Virus record (IMG/VR): IMGVR_UViG_3300018065_000012
Source of the DNA: a virus
Lineage: Duplodnaviria; Heunggongvirae; Uroviricota; Caudoviricetes
Length of the DNA: 64,000 bases
Reading direction: 5' to 3' (one strand)
Translations under genes and position numbers: made by a program
Notes under the pieces: model-generated
Seen by the model: the letters and a program-made list of their open reading frames with translations, nothing else
The model's database searches: none
What the model was told of the DNA's origin: nothing
Part shown: positions 56,233-64,000 of the stretch, one piece after another
Layout: each line of letters begins with the position of its first letter
How positions within the stretch are numbered: the first letter of the stretch is position 1

Positions 56233-56494
56233 ATATATTTGTCCAATTTGCAAGCGCGATCTTGCTCCTGCTTGGAGTTTGATAGGGTTGTCCCCAAAAG
56301 AAGGCGCGGCGATGCACATGGACGCGCATATCAAGGAGAGTAGTGGCGAGTTGATCGAGGCTTTGCGGGAACATAAAGACAAACTGCCGGGAGAAGTAAA
56401 AAAGAGATTTGACAACTACACGTCTATACTTGAAAGCGCTGGAACGTTTGAAATGTCAGCGGGTGTTGAGCATGGGAATTACGATCCACTTTGA
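56225..56494 (+). CDS. Small zinc-ribbon protein (89 aa)
   Basis: MPEYICPICKRDL. Confidence 0.3.
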   Translation: MPEYICPICKRDLAPAWSLIGLSPKEGAAMHMDAHIKESSGELIEALREHKDKLPGEVKKRFDNYTSILESAGTFEMSAGVEHGNYDPL

Positions 56495-57176
56495 TCTTGA
56501 ATACAGAAGCACAAAACAAAAAGCCATTGAGTGCTTGAAGTACATTGGCAAGATTGCAGAAGGGATGGGTTTTCAAGTTGCCAAAAAGCCGTGGTACGTG
56601 AGCTATGCAACTGATCTGAAAACTATTGATGATTCAGACATTCCAGAAGATATGCGTGAAGCATATGCTTGGGCTAAGATTCAATATCAACAAAGAGCAC
56701 CTGTGATGTTTTCTTCCAGCGATACGCCAAGCCAAAGAGTCAGGAAAGAACACAAAATTGAAAAATGGGAAGCTGGGGCGAAGAATTTCGAAGGTTACGT
56801 TCTTCACACGTGGTGGGGCGAAGGTTGTGAGCCGACGAATATTGGCCTCGTCCATCGTGGAAGAAATGGAAAAGTTTGGCGCGGAAGTTCATTTACAAAA
56901 ACGCAGTGGGCTGTAGATTTTGTCAAGGCGCACGTTGCCGTTTGCGCTCTTTTGAAATTTATTCAACAGACAGGTTTACTCAAAAGCGTTTATGATGAGG
57001 GTCATTATTGGGAAGACGAAGATTTCACAAAACTGTTGGACAATTTTGAACTCAACAACAAAGGGATTGCAGCAATTTGTACGATGCTACAAAAAGCCGC
57101 AAAGGACACAGATGCTACCATTGAAGGACATGGTTTGAAATCTGTAAAGACATTGAAAGAGTTCCCGCGTATATAG
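56472..57176 (+). CDS. Hypothetical protein (234 aa)
   Basis: ATG at 56472 (MGITIHFDLEYRS...). Confidence 0.35.
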   Translation: MGITIHFDLEYRSTKQKAIECLKYIGKIAEGMGFQVAKKPWYVSYATDLKTIDDSDIPEDMREAYAWAKIQYQQRAPVMFSSSDTPSQRVRKEHKIEKWEAGAKNFEGYVLHTWWGEGCEPTNIGLVHRGRNGKVWRGSSFTKTQWAVDFVKAHVAVCALLKFIQQTGLLKSVYDEGHYWEDEDFTKLLDNFELNNKGIAAICTMLQKAAKDTDATIEGHGLKSVKTLKEFPRI

Positions 57177-57253
57177 CATATCTCAAATCATCTCAATAAG
57201 TTAGATCAATCGCGCAAGCACACCAGCGGCAAGAAAATTCATAAAGTTCAACA

Positions 57254-57274
57254 GAAATCTGAAAAACAGATTTC
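57254..57274 (+). promoter_or_regulatory. Perfect 8-bp inverted repeat gaaatctg-aaaaa-cagatttc directly upstream of promoter copy 8; candidate operator
   Basis: Seen directly in the 130-nt intergenic region. No U-tract follows, so an operator reading is more likely than a terminator. Confidence 0.4.
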
Positions 57275-57277
57275 AGC

Positions 57278-57287
57278 GTTGTATAAT
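57278..57287 (+). promoter_or_regulatory. Promoter-like motif GTTGTATAAT, copy 8 (upstream of the Rad50-like gene)
   Basis: Sequence tttCAGCGTTGTATAATtatagAAGGAGGatagttgATG. Strong SD, with the ATG at 57307. Confidence 0.45.
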
Positions 57288-57306
57288 TATAGAAGGAGGA
57301 TAGTTG

Positions 57307-58611
57307 ATGTTATTGGGCTTGGAGATGATCAATTTTGAAAATCACAAACATACGCGTCTTGAATTTGGAGAAGGCTTCAATGTTCTGTTCGGCCCGAGTA
57401 ATACAGGAAAAACGTCAGCCGTCCGCGCTTTGCGATTGGTAGCTTATAACGAATGGGACCCTGAGTGTTTGCGGTTAGGAACTAAAAAGAGCACGGTGAT
57501 TGCAAGAACAGACAAGGGAACCGTCAAGGTAGAGCGTGGAAAGAATATCAACAATTGGGAAATCACGCCGTTGAACGGGAAGACAATCTGTTTCTCTCGT
57601 CCCGGAAAAAACGTCATTCCAGAAGCTGCTGAAGTGATGGGTCTCAACGCCATTGAGTTGGGATCGTATTCGATTCAGCCAAATATCATGGATCAGCTGG
57701 AAGGGCATTTCTTTTTGGCTGAAGTTGATGGGGAGAAAGTTTCAGGTTCGAGTCGTGCTCAGATAATTGATGAAATTAGTGGCTTAGCTGGAATGGAAGA
57801 GCTTGTCCGGCAAGTTGGTCTTGACAACATCAGGAATTCGCGTTCGGTAAAACAGCTTGAGACGTCAGTTAAAGACCTCGAAAAACAGAAGAATGATGAA
57901 GCGCAGTTAGAAAAAGAGAAAACGCTTTTGAATTCGATAGAGCAAAAGTTGATAACGGCAAAAAAGAAAACGGAGTCAGCGTCTAAAGCATATGAGATGA
58001 GTTCTGAAGCAGTAAAAGTAAGTGAAAATTTGAGCAAGTGTTTGAAGCAGATCGAGCATTATGAAGGGCTGGACGTTGCAGCGGATAAACTGGAGCAGGC
58101 TGAAGAGAAGCGTGAAAAAACGGCTAAGCAAAATGGGTTCATACGGGATTGGAAAACTGCGGATACAGAATTGAGTCAAAGCATTCTCAGACTTCAAAAA
58201 CTACCCAATTTGAGCGTTGCAGACGAAAAGCTTATCAAAGCCTCAGAAAAGCGCGAGAAGCGTATAGAAGCGCTCAAAATCGTTGAATTACACACGGAAA
58301 AGAGTCGAGGTTTGGAGGAAATGCAGACTCGTCAATCCGCCATTGGGGAAGTCTCTGAATCTGAGGAATCCATTTCATTAGCTCGCAAAGCTTTACAAGC
58401 TGTTATAGAGACAAGTAGCTTTATTCAACGGCGTGAAACCTTGTTGGTTTCTTTGAACGGAAATATAGAAGCTCAAGAGGCAATTCAAGAAAAACTTTCA
58501 GGAGCAGAAAGACAAAAGAATGAAGCAATGAAGGAAATTGATTTGTGTCCCATTTGTTTGAAACCAGTACACGAAGGGTGCGACGCATACTGCTCTGGAG
58601 AACAAGAATGA
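57307..58611 (+). CDS. Rad50/SbcC-like protein, N-terminal half only (Walker A head, coiled coil, CxxC zinc hook); no C-terminal ABC half present
   Basis: N-terminus LEMINFENHKHTRLEFGEGFNVLFGPSNTGKTSAVRALRLV (Rad50 N-terminal Walker A). About 330 aa of coiled coil (E/K/L/Q-rich). C-terminus DLCPICLKPVHEGCDAYCSGEQE ends at the hook. No signature LSGG or Walker B anywhere in the window. Confidence 0.65.
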   Translation: MLLGLEMINFENHKHTRLEFGEGFNVLFGPSNTGKTSAVRALRLVAYNEWDPECLRLGTKKSTVIARTDKGTVKVERGKNINNWEITPLNGKTICFSRPGKNVIPEAAEVMGLNAIELGSYSIQPNIMDQLEGHFFLAEVDGEKVSGSSRAQIIDEISGLAGMEELVRQVGLDNIRNSRSVKQLETSVKDLEKQKNDEAQLEKEKTLLNSIEQKLITAKKKTESASKAYEMSSEAVKVSENLSKCLKQIEHYEGLDVAADKLEQAEEKREKTAKQNGFIRDWKTADTELSQSILRLQKLPNLSVADEKLIKASEKREKRIEALKIVELHTEKSRGLEEMQTRQSAIGEVSESEESISLARKALQAVIETSSFIQRRETLLVSLNGNIEAQEAIQEKLSGAERQKNEAMKEIDLCPICLKPVHEGCDAYCSGEQE

Positions 58612-59018
58612 AGGATCATATCGGGAAAAACGTTTTAATCCGCGTTCAAGGAGACTCAGTTCAAGGGAAGTTGATTGCAGATCAACGCGATAGAATAATT
58701 GTTCAAGAAGATGAAAACATAATCACGATAGCTAAAAAGCACATTGGATTTTTCATGGTACGCGGACGTTCTTGCGTCGTGTCCAAATCAGGGTTGGACG
58801 TTTTGTCAGTCGTTGATGGATTTGGAAAAGAAATGGAAGTATATTATGTGACAGATGGAACGTCGTTGAAAAAGAATATTGAGCTTTTCCGCAAAGCCGT
58901 AGGGCTTGGGCCAGCAAACAAGATTGAAAACTTGGGTGATCTATTTTCTGTCGAACAGTCAAAGTTGAAGAAAATTCTTGGCGGAATGATCTTTGGAGAA
59001 CTTGAAAATGGCGAGTGA
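58608..59018 (+). CDS. Hypothetical protein (136 aa)
   Basis: ATGA overlap with the Rad50-like gene. MKDHIGKNVLIRVQGDSVQGKLIADQ... has a small beta-barrel (Sm-like?) flavour, unverified. Confidence 0.4.
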   Translation: MKDHIGKNVLIRVQGDSVQGKLIADQRDRIIVQEDENIITIAKKHIGFFMVRGRSCVVSKSGLDVLSVVDGFGKEMEVYYVTDGTSLKKNIELFRKAVGLGPANKIENLGDLFSVEQSKLKKILGGMIFGELENGE

Positions 59019-59253
59019 AGACAAACTTGAACGCATTAATGAGTTGCGAGAAAAAGTATCTGAATTGACTGCGGAAAAAGACCGCTTAGAAGGTAGTATT
59101 GAAATTCAAGAAAAAGCGTTGGCCGAGATGGAAAAGGAATGTCGTGAAAAGTTTGATTGTGAAATTTCTGAATTGCCAGCGTTGACTGCAAAACTTGAAG
59201 CAGAAGCAGATGCTTTGATTTCTGAAGTTGAGGAATCATTGAAAGGGGAGTAA
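59008..59253 (+). CDS. Small coiled-coil protein (81 aa). An alternative start is at 58993.
   Basis: Heptad-like E/L/K composition. Immediately upstream of ruvC. Confidence 0.3.
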   Translation: MASEDKLERINELREKVSELTAEKDRLEGSIEIQEKALAEMEKECREKFDCEISELPALTAKLEAEADALISEVEESLKGE

Positions 59254-59855
59254 TGGGAGCTGAAATTCAAAGAGAACCGATACGTTTTCATACCATTGGA
59301 TTGGATATGTCTTTGAGCGGGACTGGATTTTGCAAGTTGACTGGTCCATTGATCACTTTGGAAACGATAAAAACAAAGCCAAGGGAATATGCTTCAGACC
59401 TTGATCGGCTGATGTATATTACAGATAAAGTGTTGACGATGATTCCTCCAGAAACGAAATTGATTTGCATTGAGGATTTTTATGTCCCGGCGTCAAGGCA
59501 ACAGTTTGGAGCGGCAATCAATTTGGTCGGGTTGGGAACGTTGATGCGAATCAAACTTTATGAGTCTGGTTTGCCGTTCGCGGTAGTAGCGCCAAGCCAA
59601 TTGAAGAAGTTTGTTGTTGGGAAAGGAAACGCAAACAAAAATTTGGTTCTCAGAGAAGTTTTCAAACGGTGGAGCGTTGACGCAAAGGATGATAATCAAG
59701 CTGACGCTTGTACGTTAGCGAAACTGTCCTTAGCTATTATTGAAAAATTGACCAGCGATAAAGCCTTCCCAAAGTTTCAAGAAGAAGTTATTTCAAAAGT
59801 CATAAACGACCGCCCAAAATACAATTGTGACAGCCTCCTTCAATCAGGTGCATAA
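59253..59855 (+). CDS. ruvC: RuvC-like Holliday junction resolvase
   Basis: TIGLDMSLSGTGF (cf. ILGIDPGSRVTGY), ICIEDFYV (cf. FAIEQVFM), KKFVVGKGNANKNLV (cf. KQTVVGIGSAEKSQV), DNQADACTLAKLS (cf. NPQADAADALAIA). Confidence 0.8.
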   Translation: MGAEIQREPIRFHTIGLDMSLSGTGFCKLTGPLITLETIKTKPREYASDLDRLMYITDKVLTMIPPETKLICIEDFYVPASRQQFGAAINLVGLGTLMRIKLYESGLPFAVVAPSQLKKFVVGKGNANKNLVLREVFKRWSVDAKDDNQADACTLAKLSLAIIEKLTSDKAFPKFQEEVISKVINDRPKYNCDSLLQSGA

Positions 59856-59904
59856 TTCTTTTATATTCACTATTAAGTAACAGACTTTTGCAGGAGGAGC
59901 TGCA

Positions 59905-60111
59905 ATGAGACGTGGACAAAGAATCGCAGAAGAGCTATATGTTCCGGGAGACCCGGACGAAGACGAAGTTGTTTTAGGCGAAGAAGAGTGCGTAGCTTTG
60001 GGACCAATGACGACCCCTGATCCAGTACATCTTTACAATCCAAGCGAAGAGATGGAATTGAATCAGATGGTAGCGAAAGAATTGTTGAGTATCGTGCAGA
60101 TGTTAAAATGA
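59905..60111 (+). CDS. Small acidic hypothetical protein (68 aa)
   Basis: SD ggagg upstream. Confidence 0.3.
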   Translation: MRRGQRIAEELYVPGDPDEDEVVLGEEECVALGPMTTPDPVHLYNPSEEMELNQMVAKELLSIVQMLK

Positions 60112-60494
60112 ATTTGGCCAAGCGAGCATATCTAAACGTTTTCAAACTTGTCCCTGAGACATGTAAGATTGCTTATGTAAAAAGAAAAGGCTCCGAGAAG
60201 AACGAAGCAAAGGACAAAGTTTACAAGTTTGACGCGATCATCGAAGCGCCTACTGATTTGCCGGATACAGGATTGGACAAAGTTACTTGCAAGGAATTGC
60301 GCAAAGAAGTTTTGAAGAACGATCTGGGTGGACCAGATATAGGGAAAGAAGTTAAGCTTAAAAACAAAGGGAAGAAAAGCAGGAAAAGAAAGTTTGTATT
60401 TACGGCGCATTTATCGCCGGAGAACGTTGATAGTTTTCAAATCATAAATGGTTTGTATCGTATTAAAATGACTTGTTATGGAGTATTCTATTGA
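60108..60494 (+). CDS. Hypothetical protein (128 aa)
   Basis: ATGA overlap. Confidence 0.35.
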   Translation: MNLAKRAYLNVFKLVPETCKIAYVKRKGSEKNEAKDKVYKFDAIIEAPTDLPDTGLDKVTCKELRKEVLKNDLGGPDIGKEVKLKNKGKKSRKRKFVFTAHLSPENVDSFQIINGLYRIKMTCYGVFY

Positions 60495-60829
60495 GAACGA
60501 ATGAGCTGATTAGAAGGATTGCTTTTTCTGAAGTGGAGCGGAAGGCCATTGCGCTTGAGCTTTTGAGAATTGCAAAGCTGCTTTCTGGAATTTTGTGTTC
60601 TGGTTCAAACGTTTCAGACTCGGAAATCAGTCGCGTAGTTAAACAGTTGAAAAGGAATCCACTCCCCGTGCCGCAACGTGCGGTCCTTTATAACCAAATT
60701 GGAGAAATTGCTTATCGTGGGAAAGATTCAGTCGGCCTTTCTCAAGCGGGGCAATTCAGAGGATGGGGACGTGGCGACTTTATCAAGCTGGACAAAAGAT
60801 TGCGCAGGCGAAAAGCAATAACTTCGTAG
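60473..60829 (+). CDS. Hypothetical protein (118 aa)
   Basis: Overlaps the upstream gene by 22 nt. Confidence 0.3.
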   Translation: MLWSILLRTNELIRRIAFSEVERKAIALELLRIAKLLSGILCSGSNVSDSEISRVVKQLKRNPLPVPQRAVLYNQIGEIAYRGKDSVGLSQAGQFRGWGRGDFIKLDKRLRRRKAITS

Positions 60830-60859
60830 CAGCTTATTCAATTTTGGAAAGCTGAAATT

Positions 60860-62017
60860 ATGATTGAACGATTTGGCGATGTTACATATCTTTCAGGCGA
60901 ACTCATAAAAGGCAAAATCGTCCAGCAACCATTTTTGGCAAAGGGCGATTTTTTGCATGCCGTTTCTGTTGAGTTTGCAACGTTTCAACGCCGCAATGCT
61001 TGTTTGATGAAAATTGAGATTTGGAGAGACGATAAAAACATTAAAACCCACTCTGTGAAAGCAGATTATTTTGAAGACAATGTTTACAAAAAATTCGTCG
61101 TTGACTTAGAACTGGAAAAAGGGCAGCTCTATGAGATTAAAATTTATTCGCCAGATGGAGCAAATGGAAATGCGCTTACTGTAAAACATGGCGCACCGCT
61201 TCACAGAGACCTTCAATTAAAATTCAATGGCGCTCTTCAATCTGGCGAGTTGGCTTGTTTGTTGCATTACGGGAAAGACAAAGACAATGAAATTGAAATT
61301 TTACCTGCCGTTAAAACAACTCCAGAATTTGCTTCAAAGGAAAAGCCGGAACTCAGTATTATTATTCCAACGGCAAAACGTCTTGATCATCTCAAGAATT
61401 GTCTTGACAGCTTGCGGGCGCACACAAAAAATTATGAATTGATAGTGATAGTCAACACGCCTGAAACAGCTTTTACAATCAGCGTTGTAAAGTTACTCAA
61501 TCTTTATCCTAATCACACCATGATCGAAATTCCAAATTATGCAGGGTATGTTGTTCCTTGTAATATGGGTGCTGCTATTTCAAAAGGAAAGTATCTTTGT
61601 ATCTTGAACGACGACGTTATCGTTCAAAAGGATTGGTTGATACATATGATGGCAGCGTTGAAGGCCGATCCAAAATTGGCACAAGTCGGTCCTTCAATGG
61701 GTCATCTGAAATCAGATTTCAGTTTTGTAAACCGTAAAACAAGTCGCCCTTATATTGAGGGTTGGTGTTTCGTTGTCCCAAGGTGTATTTATGAAAAGTT
61801 GGGGTTGTTTGATCCAGAAATTGATTTTGCCTATTGCGAAGATTCAGATTTTTCAACAAACTTGATTCATCATGGTTACAAGATTCGTGAAGTGAAAGCA
61901 AACATCGTCCATATTCGGCATCAAACAAGCAAATCATCAGGAAATGAAATGAAGGAATTCACCGATAGGTGCGAAATTCGCAACAAGAATTTTCTCAGAA
62001 AGAAATGGGCCAAATGA
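60860..62017 (+). CDS. Family 2 glycosyltransferase (GT-A) with N-terminal extra domain
   Basis: LSIIIPTAKRLDHLKNCLDSLRAHT...YELIVIVN, the DXD-type ILNDDVIV, and GWCFVVPRCIYEKLGLFDPEIDFAYCEDSDF. Confidence 0.8.
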   Translation: MIERFGDVTYLSGELIKGKIVQQPFLAKGDFLHAVSVEFATFQRRNACLMKIEIWRDDKNIKTHSVKADYFEDNVYKKFVVDLELEKGQLYEIKIYSPDGANGNALTVKHGAPLHRDLQLKFNGALQSGELACLLHYGKDKDNEIEILPAVKTTPEFASKEKPELSIIIPTAKRLDHLKNCLDSLRAHTKNYELIVIVNTPETAFTISVVKLLNLYPNHTMIEIPNYAGYVVPCNMGAAISKGKYLCILNDDVIVQKDWLIHMMAALKADPKLAQVGPSMGHLKSDFSFVNRKTSRPYIEGWCFVVPRCIYEKLGLFDPEIDFAYCEDSDFSTNLIHHGYKIREVKANIVHIRHQTSKSSGNEMKEFTDRCEIRNKNFLRKKWAK

Positions 62018-62505
62018 ACGAGACAACAAAGATACGACCATTGGCAATAAAGTATTGTGAGGGTTGCGGAATCGATCTTGGTTGCGGCGACGAAAAGATT
62101 CGCCCAGAGGCGATTGGAATTGACGCTGGGATGGATGTGATTCATAGCGGGATAAAAGAATGGCGTGATTTGTCTGTTGTAAATATCAAACACAAAATTG
62201 TTAACCTAAACCTGTTTGAATCAAACAGTTTTAGCTATGTTTACAGTAGTCACTTTTTAGAACATCTTGCTGATCCAGAATTGATGTTAAAAGAAATGAC
62301 GCGTGTGACCTGTCCCGGTGGTCATGTAGTTGTTTATTTGCCCGATCGTTTATTGTACACACAACCAAATTCAGAGCACAAACACATGTGGACATTAGAT
62401 GAGTTTTTGAATTTGCTTCCCGATTGCTTGGAAGTGGTCGAGAACATAGCAAAACATGAAGATTACAGTTTTTTCATTGCGGCTAAAAAGAGAACAAGCG
62501 AATGA
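62014..62505 (+). CDS. Class I SAM-dependent methyltransferase
   Basis: Motif I IDLGCGDEKI, post-I FSYVYSSHFLEHL, and LKEMTRVTCPGGHVVVY. ATGA overlap with the GT2 gene; alternative starts at 61969 and 62005. Confidence 0.65.
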   Translation: MNETTKIRPLAIKYCEGCGIDLGCGDEKIRPEAIGIDAGMDVIHSGIKEWRDLSVVNIKHKIVNLNLFESNSFSYVYSSHFLEHLADPELMLKEMTRVTCPGGHVVVYLPDRLLYTQPNSEHKHMWTLDEFLNLLPDCLEVVENIAKHEDYSFFIAAKKRTSE

Positions 62506-63290
62506 TTTATGATTGCTTCCCGTTTTTCAACGAGCTTGAAATCCTTGATATTCGTTTGAACACGTTGAACAACGTTGTCGATAAGTTCGTAATCAGCGAG
62601 AGTACGCGAACGCACAGCAATGAGTCAAAACCCTTATACTTTCATGAAAATAGAAATCGTTGGGAGAAGTTTGAGCACAAAATTATTCACGTTGTAATTG
62701 ATGATATGCCACAAGGCGAAGACCATTGGGAAAGAGAACGTTATCAACGCAACGAAATGATCCGTGGGCTTGACAATATCAAGGACGGCGACTCTGTTCA
62801 TGTTTCTGATGCGGATGAAATTTCTTCTCCGGTGGCCATTTTAAGAGCGTTGAAGAAAAGGTCTCGCGTGCGAATAAGTCATGTTTGCTATTACTATTAT
62901 TTCAACCTTGTTGCAAATTGGGATTGGACGCATGCGTACGTAATGCCGTGGAGAGAATTCAAAGCGCATCACAATCCTACGCTTACTCATTTCCGACATC
63001 TTGGTTGCAATCGCAAAGTGAAAGGAGGCTGGCACTTTTCTTATTTGGGGGGTACCGAGCAGGTATGTAAGAAGATTAAAGCTTTTGCTCATCAGGAATT
63101 TAACACTCCCGAAACGCTTGCTACTATCAAAACTGCAATTGCTAAGAAACGTTCCTTTTGTGATTTGAATACGGAGTTTACAAGTGTAGTGAATATAGAT
63201 GGTAGCTATCCTGCATACGTACGAGATAATATTGAAAAGTACCGTAAAATGGGTTATGTTTGGGAAGGGGAGAAAGTTGTGCCGCTATGA
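62502..63290 (+). CDS. Glycosyltransferase family 17-like (beta-1,4-GlcNAc-transferase-like)
   Basis: MIYDCFPFFNELEILDIRLNTLNNVVDKFVISESTRTHSNESKPLYF matches the conserved GT17 N-terminal block. DXD-like HVSDADEI. Confidence 0.7.
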   Translation: MIYDCFPFFNELEILDIRLNTLNNVVDKFVISESTRTHSNESKPLYFHENRNRWEKFEHKIIHVVIDDMPQGEDHWERERYQRNEMIRGLDNIKDGDSVHVSDADEISSPVAILRALKKRSRVRISHVCYYYYFNLVANWDWTHAYVMPWREFKAHHNPTLTHFRHLGCNRKVKGGWHFSYLGGTEQVCKKIKAFAHQEFNTPETLATIKTAIAKKRSFCDLNTEFTSVVNIDGSYPAYVRDNIEKYRKMGYVWEGEKVVPL

Positions 63291-64000
63291 ACTATGTGCT
63301 TGTACTTTCAGACGAATTGACGCTTGTTGTTGATAAGATGATTCATTCGGTTTTGCAACATTGTGATTGTAAGATTTTGTTTCATGCAATTTCTTTTTCT
63401 GATAAAGACAAGGCAACTGTTGAAAAATGGAATAACAGGATTGAATTTTATGACGTGATTCAAAGCAAGTGGGATGATAGAAGGATGCTTTGTAGAATAG
63501 AATGTTTAGCTGGAACAAAGTTTTCGGCTGGCGATAAAGTATTTGTATTGGATACTGATATGCTTGTTCAAGCAGATATTTTTGAAGACCTTCCAAAAGG
63601 AGATGTGTACATAACAAGCAGACATTATCCTTATTGGTACCCGATCAACGGAGGAACGGTTGGATTCAATTACAATAAGCGATCAAAACAATTCATTGAT
63701 TTCCGATTTGAACAAGGCTTGAATCCAACATGGACTCCTTATGTTAAATTTCGCAAAAAATTTGATCGTGGGAGAGGTTTCGATTGGTGGTGTGATCAGG
63801 ATATGCTTTGCACTGTTCATGAAAATTTGCTCCCGTTTGAATGTCACGTAACTGATCTTGGCCCAAAATATAATTTTTGTCCAAGCGTAGAGTTTAATAT
63901 CCCTGACTCATTTGATAAAGCACGTAAAGAAATTCTTGAAGCTATTGGAAGGCCCGAATACAAAATACTTCATTTCAAAGGGAAGTTAAAAGAAGTGTTG
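63287..64000 (+). CDS. Putative nucleotide-sugar glycosyltransferase (GT-A, DXD), 3'-partial at the window end
   Basis: VFVLDTDMLV (DXD) and WWCDQDML. The ORF runs off the end of the window and is not in the ORF track. Confidence 0.45.
   Translation, partial: MNYVLVLSDELTLVVDKMIHSVLQHCDCKILFHAISFSDKDKATVEKWNNRIEFYDVIQSKWDDRRMLCRIECLAGTKFSAGDKVFVLDTDMLVQADIFEDLPKGDVYITSRHYPYWYPINGGTVGFNYNKRSKQFIDFRFEQGLNPTWTPYVKFRKKFDRGRGFDWWCDQDMLCTVHENLLPFECHVTDLGPKYNFCPSVEFNIPDSFDKARKEILEAIGRPEYKILHFKGKLKEVL

Noticed and set aside
1-64000. Prophage, integrative element or CRISPR features
   Set aside because: No integrase, recombinase, att-like direct repeats flanking a module, or CRISPR repeat-spacer periodicity was found. 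The uniform gene orientation and content fit a lytic phage replication and structural region.

Overview
This window looks like part of a large virulent bacteriophage genome, possibly a jumbo phage. About 70 genes are called, all on the + strand. They are tightly packed, often with ATGA stop/start overlaps, and many have AGGAG-type ribosome-binding sites. No rRNA, tRNA, CRISPR array, integrase or transposase was seen, and every long minus-strand ORF looks like a shadow of a + strand gene.

The window has four parts:
- **1-14.8 kb, tail module.** A putative tail assembly chaperone, a 2146-aa tape measure protein and six tail, tip or fibre-like proteins.
- **14.9-59.9 kb, DNA replication, recombination and repair block.** This holds an SNF2 helicase, a DnaB-like helicase, an initiator-like gene with three embedded iterons and a purine-rich tract, a DnaG primase, a sigma-70-family sigma factor, a Hel308-like helicase split by a UDG family 4 gene, RecA, a flap endonuclease, a WGR-domain protein, a tubulin/FtsZ-family GTPase, an aldo/keto reductase, an Mre11/SbcD nuclease, DNA polymerase III alpha, a DHH phosphoesterase, GyrB and GyrA, NAD-dependent ligase LigA, ClpS, a hook-containing N-terminal half of Rad50/SbcC, and RuvC.
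- **60.8-64 kb, a glycosyltransferase and methyltransferase cluster.**
- **A recurring promoter-like motif (c)AGCGnGTTGTATAAT** at eight intergenic sites, often followed by GU-rich leaders.

The items most worth following up are the split Hel308 helicase, the iteron and purine-tract candidate origin, the tubulin homolog, the half Rad50 uncoupled from Mre11, the phage ClpS, and the paralogous ParB-like proteins.
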